This document shows positions 24,601-32,000 of a DNA stretch of 32,000 nucleotides, in pieces. Within the stretch, counting starts at the first letter, position 1. The number at the start of each line of letters is the position of its first letter. The notes below the pieces were generated by a model that was not told the origin of the DNA, did not search any database, and saw only the letters and a program-made list of their open reading frames with translations. A program made the translations under genes and the position numbers. Origin of the DNA: Candidatus Scalindua sp. (GTDB taxonomy: Bacteria; Planctomycetota; Brocadiia; Brocadiales; Scalinduaceae); contig JALDRA010000001.1 in NCBI GenBank assembly GCA_031316235.1, positions 2,250,001 to 2,282,000 on the forward strand, in the 5' to 3' direction.

Positions 24601-25114
24601 CCCTGCCTCCCCCTCCATGGACAGCCTTGATAATAACCGGATAACCCAGTTGACTGCAAAATGCCACAGCTTCCTCCGAACTTTTCACAGGAGCGTTGTT
24701 TCCCGAAAGTATGGGTACCTGAGCCTTTTCGGCAATCTGCTTTGCTGAGGTTTTGTTGCCAAGAAGCGTAAGAATTTCCGGGCGGGGTCCAATAAAGGCA
24801 ATACCTGCATTTTCGCACGTACGGGCAAAGTCCGTATTCTCAGATAGAAATCCGTAGCCCGGATGTATGGCGTCAACTTCCTTGTCTTTGGCAATCTGAA
24901 TAATTCCTTCGATATCAAGATACGCCTTAACTGGATTTTTGTCCGTACCCGTCAGATACGCTTCATCCGCTTTAAATCTATGAAGCGCAAAGCGGTCTTC
25001 GTGAGAATATATTGCTACAGTCCTTATACCTAATTCATGTGCCGCCCGGCAGACCCGTATCGCAATTTCACTGCGGTTGGCAACAAGTAGTTTTTTAAAT
25101 TTTCTGATTTCCAT
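21665..25114 (-). CDS. pyc: Pyruvate carboxylase, single-chain (biotin carboxylase + carboxyltransferase + biotinyl domains)
   Basis: A 1149-aa protein. The N-terminal ATP-grasp BC domain carries GGGGRGM and EMNPR-like INPRIQVEH. The central HMGL-like CT domain carries HTHDTSG. The C-terminus has the biotinylation motif EAMKME. Confidence 0.95.
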   Translation of the reverse strand: MEIRKFKKLLVANRSEIAIRVCRAAHELGIRTVAIYSHEDRFALHRFKADEAYLTGTDKNPVKAYLDIEGIIQIAKDKEVDAIHPGYGFLSENTDFARTCENAGIAFIGPRPEILTLLGNKTSAKQIAEKAQVPILSGNNAPVKSSEEAVAFCSQLGYPVIIKAVHGGGGRGMRVVRSETELISRLNEAQRESMTAFGSDECFIEKYIEKARHIEVQILGDKHHNIVHLYERDCSLQRRHQKVVEIAPAQNLDAGIRQNICDTAVRICKSVNYDNAGTVEFLLDTETDKFYFIEINPRIQVEHTVTEAITGIDLVKRQILISEGYPLHSPEIRIPDQKSIQIRGAALQCRITTEDPANKFIPDYGRIQHYRSAGGMGIRLDAGTAFSGAIVTPFYDSLLVKVTAFGICFEDAVSRMDRALDEFRIRGVKTNIPFLINLVNHKDILEGKCTTIFIDENQNLFCFPRRRDRATLIMRFLGNVLVNGHSLIREIPKSICRRTAPVPPFDHKISRPRGTRDLLLEMGPAKFARYIRDEKRLLLTDTTFRDAHQSLLATRMRTIDMLKISEVYSRNHADFFSLEMWGGATFDTAMRFLTECPWDRLRSMRRLAPNILFQMLLRASNGVGYTNYPDNVVKEFIKQAAESGIDVFRVFDSLNWVENMKVAIDAVLETGVLCEAAICYTGDILDPKRTKFNLGYYVKMAKELEELGAHILAIKDMAGLLKPYAAYELVCALKSEINIPIHLHTHDTSGGQIATLIKAAEAGVDIVDAAMGPFSGLTSQPNLNTLVEMLRFHDHSTGMDFKALGLLSDYWEVVREYYTPFESVQKASTAEVYHHEIPGGQFTNLFQQAHSMGLSHRWREITDVYADVNQIFGDIVKVTPSSKVVGDMTLFLVTNNMKAQDILSGERDISFPTSVVEFFEGRLGQPTGGFPKEVQYKILRGAPAFTERPGSNLPPVNLEEVKEKVEARILRTITNEELMSYVMYPAVFLEYAAHKRKYDDVSIIPTDVFFYGLPMHEEVFIDIEEGKTLILKLVAISPANEDGNCTVFFELNGQPREVVIANRKVASSITRRPRVEEGNNKHVGAPMPGMIVKVKVAAGDKVVKNDALLIMEAMKMEATIYAECDGEISQVLVKPRDCVETGDLLAVYR

Positions 25115-25668
25115 AATAAATCCTTAAAAGAGTTCCAGAAAAAAAGCAACCTTTCCTGAAAATGTTATTTACATTGTTTTTTATCTGTCTTACTAGAAAT
25201 ACTCCCTGTTCTAATGAGAGTCATGTTTTAAGGCAGATACTGGTAATTTGACGTATTATTCTCTCATGTATTTCAGCATTTTCAATTACTTTTATTGAGT
25301 CACTAACCCGCATTTCTCACCGGTATAACGGGGACACCCCTTAGCAGGCTCCTGTCCTTCAATCTCTAAAAAGAAAATTTCAGAAAATATTAGTGCTCTT
25401 ATTGCAGGCGAGCTGCGGTTCCAGATCCAGCGGATTTAATTGTCATGAGTGAAGATTAAACCATGAATTGGCTTGTTGTATTAAACCGCATTGGCCTCTT
25501 TTTTATGGGTATAAGGGAAGATATACTACACGGGGATGTCATTATCCATTGTTCACACACTGCTGTTCGCTACTATTACCACACATCTCACTCCCGCCTC
25601 GGGTTCCGCTTTCAAATGGGGACTTTACTGAGTTTATAGTAAAATTTACGAATCAACGGTTCGCACCA

Positions 25669-25692
25669 GCCCGCCCGCATCAGCGGACGGGC
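25669..25692 (-). terminator. GC-rich hairpin just downstream of the sulfatase gene (possible terminator, no U-tract)
   Basis: GCCCGCCCGC-ATCA-GCGGACGGGC with one mismatch, about 20 nt after the stop. No T-run follows on the minus strand. Confidence 0.3.
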
Positions 25693-25711
25693 ACATGCTT
25701 TGTGAAGATAT

Positions 25712-28087
25712 TCATTTCAGTGTGATCGTCACCTTATCGATCTTACCTGTAAACTTGCTGCTATCCTCGGTGTAGTCCGAGGATACGGATGTTTCCCGGT
25801 CAATGCCGACGTTTGCAGTCTCATCGGCCGACCAGATACCGAACTGCGTTTTCTCGATTCGGCTGGAACCAACCTTTTTGCCATTGATAGAGAGTGTGGC
25901 CGTACCTCCTCCCCCCAACTTGGGCTTGCCGTCGTAAGTGAAGTCCAGTTTTACCGTCGACTTATCAGCGGGCAAAGTGGAGTCCGATGCAACGGTATAG
26001 TTTTCCAGTCCCAGGTAGTTGTACATGTAGACCGGTTTGCTGTCCTTGACATAGAGGCTCCAGCCACCGAAACGCCCGCCCTGACTGACTATCACCCCGT
26101 TGGTCTTGTCATCCTTGGATTCAACTTCGGCTACGATGTCGAACGAAGTGTTCTTGGTGTTGATAAAATCGCTCTCGGGCAGGAATTCCATCCCTTCGTA
26201 CACGGTGAGCGACTTACGATCACCCATCACTGTTGGCCGACCGGCAAGTTTGGCGACGAGTCGTTCCTGTCGTCGATCGTCGATCGGGAGTACTTTATAC
26301 TTAACCGCTTCTCCGAGGAAGACCTCCTGCAACTCCTTGAGCTTTTGTGGGTATTTCGCAGCGAGATCCGTCGACATGCTGAAGTCCTCACTGACGTGGT
26401 ACAACTCCCAGACGTCAGTCTGTAAAGTGTTCCGTGGCGGTGCCCAGGGGAACTGATGGACAGTGCCGGCAAACCAGCCGTCATAGTACACGCCTCGGTT
26501 ACCCATGATCTCGAAGTACTGTACCAGATGCCGGTCCACGGCCTTGGGATTATCAAACGTGTACACCATGCTTACCCCTTCCATGGGACGTTGCCCGACG
26601 CCGTTGACGATCGTCGGCTGGGGCAGACCTGCCACCTCCAGGATGGTCGGGGCGATGTCGATCACGTGATGCCACTGAGTGCGCAGCTCGCCTTTGCCCT
26701 TGAAGCGCGCGGGCCAGTGGATAACCGTCCCCTGCCGGGTACCACCATAGTTCGAGGGAACCTGCTTGGTCCAGGTGAACGGAGAATCGAAGCAAACGGC
26801 CCAGCCGGCAGCCATGTGGGGATAGGTACTGGGGCTCCCCCACTCATCAGCCTTCTTGAGCATGTCTTCGACCTTCTCCTCGACACCGTTAAAGTAGGTC
26901 ATCTCGTTGTACATTCCGTTCATACCGCCTTCAGCACTGGTTCCGTTATCACCGGCTATGAAGACTATCATCGTATTGTCCAGCTCACCGAGATCCTCAA
27001 TCGCCTGGACCAACCGGCCGATCTCGGTGTCCGTCATATCCAAAAAGGCCGCAAAGACCTCAGCCTGACGCGCGAAGAGTTTCTGCTCGTCTGAGGTGAG
27101 GTCGACCCAGTCCTTGATATCCTTCGGTTTAAGGGCCAATTTGGTGTCCGCCGGAATCACACCCAGTCGCTTCTGATTCTCGAAGATCTGCGTGCGTATC
27201 ACATCCCAACCGGCATCGAACTTCCCCTCGTGCTTCTTGATGTACGACTTCGGCACGTGATGCGGCGCGTGCGTTGCTCCTGGAACGAAGTAGACAAAGA
27301 AGGGTTTATCGGGCGTTAGTGACTGCTGAGCACGGATCCAATTGATGGCTTTTGACGTCATGTCGTTCATGAAGTGGTAATTCGGATCTCCCTTGCTCGG
27401 GTTCTCGACGGGTGTGATGCCGTCGTAGAGTGCCGGAGACCATTGGTTCGTTTCACCGCCGAGGAAACCGTAAAACTTGTCAAAGCCCGACAGTGTCGGC
27501 CAGCGCGTGAGCGGTCCAGAGGGGCTTATCTCCCAGACGGCGACTTCGTGACATTTGCCGAAGTGAGCCGTGCTGTAGCCATTGAGCCGTAGGATCTCGG
27601 GCAGTTTGGCGCAGTCCGCTGGGAGCACGCCCGTGTTGCCGGGAAAGGATGTGGAGATCTCTGTGATCCCCCCCATGTTGACCGAATGGTGATTGCGGCC
27701 TGTCATCAGGGCCTGCCGAGTCGGGGAGCATAACGCGGTCGAGTGAAAGTGGTTGTACATCAATCCACTTTGCGCCAGCCGGTCAAACGTCGGTGTGGCA
27801 ATAACACCTCCGAACGCACTCGTTCCGCCGAAGCCGAGGTCATCGATCATGATAATGACAACGTTGGGCGAATCCTTCGGTGCCTTCACTTTGAATATGG
27901 GAGGCGCCATGGCATCGCGCGCATCCAGAGTCGTAATCGGTTTTTGGTACGGCGCCTTCAACGGCAGAACCGTACGGTCAATCGGTACAGACTCAAGATC
28001 CTGAAAAGTTTGCGCCTGTATCGTAATTGGCAAGAGGCCAAAGAGAACTGCGGTGAGCAATAGAAGGATACATTTAATCTTTTTCAT
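25712..28087 (-). CDS. Arylsulfatase (Cys-type, formylglycine-dependent sulfatase family), secreted
   Basis: The sulfatase signature is LCSPTRQALMTGRNHH (C-x-P-x-R). DDLGFG is the metal-binding N-terminal motif. The likely start is MKKIKCILLLLTAV at 28087, preceded by AAGGAGAAAG; the track ORF starts at 28138. A signal peptide is present. Confidence 0.85.
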   Translation of the reverse strand: MKKIKCILLLLTAVLFGLLPITIQAQTFQDLESVPIDRTVLPLKAPYQKPITTLDARDAMAPPIFKVKAPKDSPNVVIIMIDDLGFGGTSAFGGVIATPTFDRLAQSGLMYNHFHSTALCSPTRQALMTGRNHHSVNMGGITEISTSFPGNTGVLPADCAKLPEILRLNGYSTAHFGKCHEVAVWEISPSGPLTRWPTLSGFDKFYGFLGGETNQWSPALYDGITPVENPSKGDPNYHFMNDMTSKAINWIRAQQSLTPDKPFFVYFVPGATHAPHHVPKSYIKKHEGKFDAGWDVIRTQIFENQKRLGVIPADTKLALKPKDIKDWVDLTSDEQKLFARQAEVFAAFLDMTDTEIGRLVQAIEDLGELDNTMIVFIAGDNGTSAEGGMNGMYNEMTYFNGVEEKVEDMLKKADEWGSPSTYPHMAAGWAVCFDSPFTWTKQVPSNYGGTRQGTVIHWPARFKGKGELRTQWHHVIDIAPTILEVAGLPQPTIVNGVGQRPMEGVSMVYTFDNPKAVDRHLVQYFEIMGNRGVYYDGWFAGTVHQFPWAPPRNTLQTDVWELYHVSEDFSMSTDLAAKYPQKLKELQEVFLGEAVKYKVLPIDDRRQERLVAKLAGRPTVMGDRKSLTVYEGMEFLPESDFINTKNTSFDIVAEVESKDDKTNGVIVSQGGRFGGWSLYVKDSKPVYMYNYLGLENYTVASDSTLPADKSTVKLDFTYDGKPKLGGGGTATLSINGKKVGSSRIEKTQFGIWSADETANVGIDRETSVSSDYTEDSSKFTGKIDKVTITLK

Positions 28088-28208
28088 TTTCTTTCTCCTT
28101 TTTACCACGAGTGTAATAATTTTATGTTTATCATTCAACCGTAACTACTTCAACAGTCTCGGCTTGCCTGTCGTTGATAATTAGCTAAACGTCTTCGCTC
28201 TCTGGCTT

Positions 28209-28406
28209 TTAAATTGCGGTCATCTCAAACGAGTCCGGATTTGTGTCAGTGATTTCCGTATATTGGTAAAACTTTGCGCTGGCAGTGATACTCTTTTTAT
28301 CTTTTTTAAGAATGATCTGAAGGTCTTTTACCTTGATCAAATCATTGTGTCCGTGTCCCAGTCGTCCAATGATCCATGCGGTTTTTATATCAACAAAGAC
28401 AGCCAT
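28209..28406 (-). CDS. Hypothetical small protein (65 aa) in the AT-rich spacer between porin and sulfatase genes
   Basis: An ORF from Met (MAVFVDIKTAWIIGRLGHGHNDL...) begins 14 nt after the porin stop. It shows no recognisable motifs, and the long version in the track overlaps the porin gene. Confidence 0.25.
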   Translation of the reverse strand: MAVFVDIKTAWIIGRLGHGHNDLIKVKDLQIILKKDKKSITASAKFYQYTEITDTNPDSFEMTAI

Positions 28407-28419
28407 ATCCACCAGGACC

Positions 28420-29940
28420 CTAGAAATCCAATTGCAGCCTGAAACTAGCGGTGGTGGCGGTGTCAATAAATTCCAACACCGAGTCGACGACCTGTACATT
28501 CATGGTGAGGTGTGCAGCAGGCGTTACCTCAAAATTGTAGAAGGCCTCGAAGGCGTGCTCGAAGGAGTCGAGGTTTTTGCGGAGGACCCTGGTAATACTT
28601 CGCAGGTCATCGGAGATGTGCGTTCCCGACCAGCCGATGCCCCACCGATCTTGGTCCCGCCCCGGTATGAGCATGCCGTACCCGCCGATGCCGAAGCTGT
28701 AAAACTGGTCGATTACGTTACGGTCATTGGGCGCCCACCCCGCGCGGGCGAAGATGCCGATTCCGACCGGCGGCAAGTGTTGACGGGCATGTCCCGGATG
28801 AGAACTCTCTTTCAGACGACGTTTACGCTCGTAGGCTTCCACACTCCCACCCTTTACCCACAAGTACTGATCGAAGTTGGCCAGCACACTATAGTTACCA
28901 CTCTTCTTGGCGACGGGCACGACACCGAGAATCTGCCCGATGAGATGTCGCTTATCTATGGAGAAGTCGCGGGGGTTCTTGCTCGTATACGCGGAGAGGA
29001 TCCGGTAATTTCCTGGGCGCCCGGCGATCGTCGGCGAATACTGGTACTGGGCGGAGTAAGTGGTGTTGCCGTTGAAGATCGTGTTTAAGGCGATGGTATT
29101 CGCATCCCCGTCGGTAGCCAGAGCGCCCATGAAGAACGTGTGCTCTTTGTTGGGCATCCAGCCGGCCCCTGCACCCCATGTCACATACGGAACGAACGCG
29201 CCAAGAATGGGGTTGTTGACAAGGCCCGTATAGCTGAACTGGGTACGCATGTTGTTGGCAAAGGTGTTCTGCTCGGCAAACCCGGCCCAGTCGGCCCTAC
29301 CCGCTATAAAGATAGTATTCGCGGGCAAAGCCTGCATCATATAAAACTGGGAGAATGTTGACTTGGATTTATTGAGCACCGGCATGGTTGCATCATAGTT
29401 TGCCGGCAAAAGCGATCCTACGTCGGGGTTGATGCTCTGGTCTGCCTCCCACGAAGTCTCCCCATGCAGGACTAGAGATCCACCGGGCCAAAGGCCCGCC
29501 TTGCCTGTGTCAAAATACAGCCAGTAATCTGCCGTTCCGTTGTTCCGGATCTTCCCATCTTTCACGCCCCCGGATACGTTCGCTCCAAGGAATTGAGTGA
29601 TGCCCACGTCCAGGTAGACACCAATGTCAACCAGGCGGTCACGCAAACCCTTTGGGTTTCCCAGGAGCTGGGACCGGTGCAGGATATCGCCGTGTACGGT
29701 ATTACCGTCTCCGTAAAACTTGGGATAGCGTCGACTCTCGTAATAGAGTTCAGGCGCTACCTCGGCCAATGACACCTTGCCCTTCTCAGCAGTTTTGACG
29801 ACCGGCGTTTCATCCGCAGATTTTGCCGGCTCATCCGCCTTCAGTGATTGAGTGTGCAGACCCATGACGCAAACAGATAGCGTTATTACAAAAGTCATCT
29901 TTGGAAGTATATCACTTGCCTTGGTGGTTAAACGTTTCAT
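28420..29940 (-). CDS. Outer-membrane porin (OprB/carbohydrate-selective-porin-like beta-barrel)
   Basis: An N-terminal signal sequence, a long G/Y/N/D-rich sequence with alternating beta-strand pattern, and a C-terminal ...SFRLQLDF ending in Phe. It is co-oriented with and directly upstream of the sulfatase. Confidence 0.5.
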   Translation of the reverse strand: MKRLTTKASDILPKMTFVITLSVCVMGLHTQSLKADEPAKSADETPVVKTAEKGKVSLAEVAPELYYESRRYPKFYGDGNTVHGDILHRSQLLGNPKGLRDRLVDIGVYLDVGITQFLGANVSGGVKDGKIRNNGTADYWLYFDTGKAGLWPGGSLVLHGETSWEADQSINPDVGSLLPANYDATMPVLNKSKSTFSQFYMMQALPANTIFIAGRADWAGFAEQNTFANNMRTQFSYTGLVNNPILGAFVPYVTWGAGAGWMPNKEHTFFMGALATDGDANTIALNTIFNGNTTYSAQYQYSPTIAGRPGNYRILSAYTSKNPRDFSIDKRHLIGQILGVVPVAKKSGNYSVLANFDQYLWVKGGSVEAYERKRRLKESSHPGHARQHLPPVGIGIFARAGWAPNDRNVIDQFYSFGIGGYGMLIPGRDQDRWGIGWSGTHISDDLRSITRVLRKNLDSFEHAFEAFYNFEVTPAAHLTMNVQVVDSVLEFIDTATTASFRLQLDF

Positions 29941-30298
29941 CCATGTTCTCCTTGCATAATTCCATTAATATGACACAGACTCCACAAATGCCTGAATTCT
30001 CAGGAACTCCACGAGTCAGCTTAATTAAACCCGGATTCCCACTTAATCTGAGCAATTTCATTGTCTATCTTACCGTTTAACAATTGATAAAGTATCGAAA
30101 AAAATAATTATGCTACCTGCCAAACTATCCGTCGGGCAAGAAGACTTGACAGCAATATATAAAAAATGGAGATACTATTCCATTAAATTATTTTGTTGCT
30201 TTTCTCCCCCATATACTATACTAAAACCAGAAGCCTGGTTGCCGTTATCCCCGGACAAGGCGCCGAGGACTTTCCCCGCTCCGTTTTTTTCAGGATGT

Positions 30299-30396
30299 TA
30301 TACTCATCTCATACTGGATTTCGGATAAAATCCGAGAAAAAATTGAGCGAGCATACCTTCACCAAAATTTGGTTTCCGGTAAAAACGAAAACCATC
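30299..30396 (+). repeat. Repeat family R2, copy 3 (3' hairpin degenerate)
   Basis: TATACTCATCTCATACTGGATTTCGGATAAAATCCGAGAAAAAATTGAGCGAGCATACCTTCACCAAAATTTGGTTTCCGGTAAAAACGAAAACC. It is preceded at 30249-30273 by CCCCGGACAAGGCGCCGAGGACTTT, the inverted form of the submodule inside copy 2. Confidence 0.7.
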
Positions 30397-30484
30397 ATAA
30401 GGATGCGTATAAAGAAGATTTTTTAGAGATAGAGGGTAAAGTGAGATGTAACGTAAAGAGATTTCATTTCTCAGGAGAGTATTC

Positions 30485-32000
30485 ATGACATTATTGAGTC
30501 TGCAGGAAGTAAGCGTCAGTTTTGGTGGTCTGATTATCCTTGATCGGGTGAGTTTACAGATAGAGCGTGGTGAACGGGTCTGCCTCCTTGGGAGAAACGG
30601 TGCAGGAAAGTCAACGTTACTGAAGCTGATCAACGGGGCGGTTCTACCGGATTCTGGAGAGGTTGTTCGGCAAAAAGGACTCCGCAGTGCCTATCTTTCA
30701 CAGGAAATTCCTCGAGATGTACAGGGAACCGTATTTGACATTGTACTTGATGGCCTGAGAGGTCACGGCCAGGGCAATCCACACGATGAAATTGATCACG
30801 ATTGGGAGATGCATCATCTGGTGGAAAAGGTGATTTCGCTGATACAGCTGAATGCAGATTCAGAATTCCAGACACTATCTTCCGGCCTGAAACGGAGGGT
30901 ACTCCTTGCCCGGGGCCTGGTTTGTCAGCCTGAGATTTTACTTCTCGATGAGCCGACAAACCATCTGGATATTGCATCGATCGGCTGGTTGGAAGAGTTT
31001 CTCCTTCGCTATAAAGGGACAATTTTTTTTGTAACCCATGACCGTATGTTTTTACAAAAAACAGCCAATCGCATCATGGAACTTGATCGCGGCAAGCTTT
31101 CAGACTGGGAGTGTGACTATCAAACGTTTCTTTTACGGAAAGAGGCACTGCTTGATGCTGAGGAAAAGCAGCAGGCAGTTTTTGATAAGAAACTGGCACA
31201 GGAAGAGATATGGCTACGGCAGGGGATTAAGGCGCGACGCACACGAAACGAGGGACGGGTAAGGGCCCTTGAGAAAATGCGTGCAGTCCGGAGAGAACGA
31301 CGCATGGTAACAGGTACAGTGCGGATGAAAACCCATGAGGCTGAACGGTCAGGTGCAAAGATCATAGAGGTAAAGAACCTGGGTTACCGGTATGATGATA
31401 CCTCTGTTATCAAAGATTTTTCTACAACGATTATGAGGGGAGACAAAGTAGGCATTATCGGCCCGAATGGTTCGGGGAAGACCACACTCTTACGTCTTCT
31501 GCTCGGTGAATTGAGCCCCTGGAAGGGGACAGTACATCACGGTACACATATCCAGATTACCTATTTTGATCAGCTCCGTGAACAACTCAAAGAGGATAAG
31601 ACCGTCTATTACAATGTTGGTGAGGGGAGTGATTTTATTACCTTACAGGGTAAACAGAGGCATGTGATGAGTTATCTGCAGGATTTCCTCTTTTCACCCG
31701 ACCGTGCGCGTGTTTCTGCCAGTGTTCTTTCCGGTGGCGAGCGTAATCGTCTTCTCCTCGCCCGGCTCTTCACCAGGCCTTCAAACGTTCTCGTAATGGA
31801 TGAACCGACAAATGATCTCGATATTGAAACTCTGGAACTTCTGGAAGAATTGCTGGTGGATTACAAGGGAACACTCCTCCTGGTCAGTCACGATCGTGCC
31901 TTCCTCAACAATGTGGTGACCAGTACCATAGTGTTTGAAGGAGAAGGGCAATTGAATGAATATGTCGGAGGCTATGACGATTGGCTCCGACAGAGAAAGC
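30485..32000 (+). CDS. uup: ABC-F family ATPase (Uup/EttA-like), 3' end outside the window
   Basis: It is absent from the ORF track because no stop falls in the window. ATG 30485 follows AGGAGA. Translation gives MTLLSLQEVSVSFGG...GRNGAGKST...LSSGLKRRVLLAR...LLLDEPTNHLD, a Q/R/E-rich linker, then GPNGSGKTT...LSGGERNRLLLAR...LVMDEPTNDLD. There are no TM segments. Confidence 0.9.
   Translation, partial: MTLLSLQEVSVSFGGLIILDRVSLQIERGERVCLLGRNGAGKSTLLKLINGAVLPDSGEVVRQKGLRSAYLSQEIPRDVQGTVFDIVLDGLRGHGQGNPHDEIDHDWEMHHLVEKVISLIQLNADSEFQTLSSGLKRRVLLARGLVCQPEILLLDEPTNHLDIASIGWLEEFLLRYKGTIFFVTHDRMFLQKTANRIMELDRGKLSDWECDYQTFLLRKEALLDAEEKQQAVFDKKLAQEEIWLRQGIKARRTRNEGRVRALEKMRAVRRERRMVTGTVRMKTHEAERSGAKIIEVKNLGYRYDDTSVIKDFSTTIMRGDKVGIIGPNGSGKTTLLRLLLGELSPWKGTVHHGTHIQITYFDQLREQLKEDKTVYYNVGEGSDFITLQGKQRHVMSYLQDFLFSPDRARVSASVLSGGERNRLLLARLFTRPSNVLVMDEPTNDLDIETLELLEELLVDYKGTLLLVSHDRAFLNNVVTSTIVFEGEGQLNEYVGGYDDWLRQRK

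Noticed and set aside
21756-24918. About a dozen 60-120 aa ORFs on both strands inside the pyc region (e.g. 21756-22085, 23792-24100, 24206-24571).
   Set aside because: All lie antisense or out of frame within a 1149-aa ORF that has unmistakable pyruvate carboxylase motifs. They have no start context or motifs of their own.
26100-29361. Long ORFs overlapping the sulfatase and porin genes (e.g. 26456-27094, 212 aa; 28333-29088, 251 aa).
   Set aside because: They are Arg/Gly/Pro-rich, low-complexity translations typical of alternative frames in GC-rich DNA. The sulfatase and porin frames carry real family motifs.
30304-31365. Minus-strand ORFs of 109, 130 and 81 aa, and plus-strand 31038-31262.
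   Set aside because: They are antisense or out of frame to the ABC-F ATPase gene. That gene reads through this whole region with two complete Walker A/signature/Walker B sets.
1-32000. A search by eye for CRISPR arrays, tRNA/rRNA genes and DGR-type template/variable repeats.
   Set aside because: I saw no regularly spaced direct repeats, no tRNA T-arm/acceptor signatures, and no reverse transcriptase gene. The only long duplicated tracts are those reported above.

Overview
All calls come from reading the sequence and the ORF track by eye; no database search was run. The window looks like chromosomal DNA of an anammox-type planctomycete. That guess rests only on an ammonium-transporter/histidine-kinase fusion resembling Ks-Amt5 of Ca. 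Kuenenia, which I recall from memory.

Layout:
(1) 1-4681: a nickel/cobalt acquisition cluster. It holds a partial His-rich-loop transporter, cbiM, a small accessory gene, cbiQ, cbiO, an outer-membrane beta-barrel and a secreted His-rich DUF3347-like protein. A duplicated operator-like sequence precedes both transcription units.
(2) 4689-12450: a mobile-DNA and decay zone. It contains a MITE-like deletion derivative with 34-bp terminal inverted repeats, an ORF-less group II intron with well-formed domains V and VI, and two small toxin-antitoxin-type gene pairs. It also contains an IS1634-family element inserted into a Y1-transposase (RAYT/COG1943-like) gene remnant, a second uninterrupted copy of that remnant, another transposase fragment, and two families of structured intergenic repeats.
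(3) 12685-21097: a signalling locus. An Amt-HK fusion converges on a four-gene minus-strand string: GH15 glycoside hydrolase fused to a ferredoxin domain, a CxxCH-containing hybrid kinase, a CheY-like receiver, and a receiver plus PAS-like protein. The two kinase genes share a 55-nt perfectly identical inverted segment over the phospho-His box.
(4) 21665-25114: pyruvate carboxylase with a strong terminator.
(5) 25712-29940: a markedly GC-rich arylsulfatase plus porin pair, probably horizontally acquired.
(6) 30485-32000: the 5' part of an ABC-F (Uup-like) ATPase gene.

I saw no CRISPR array, rRNA or tRNA.
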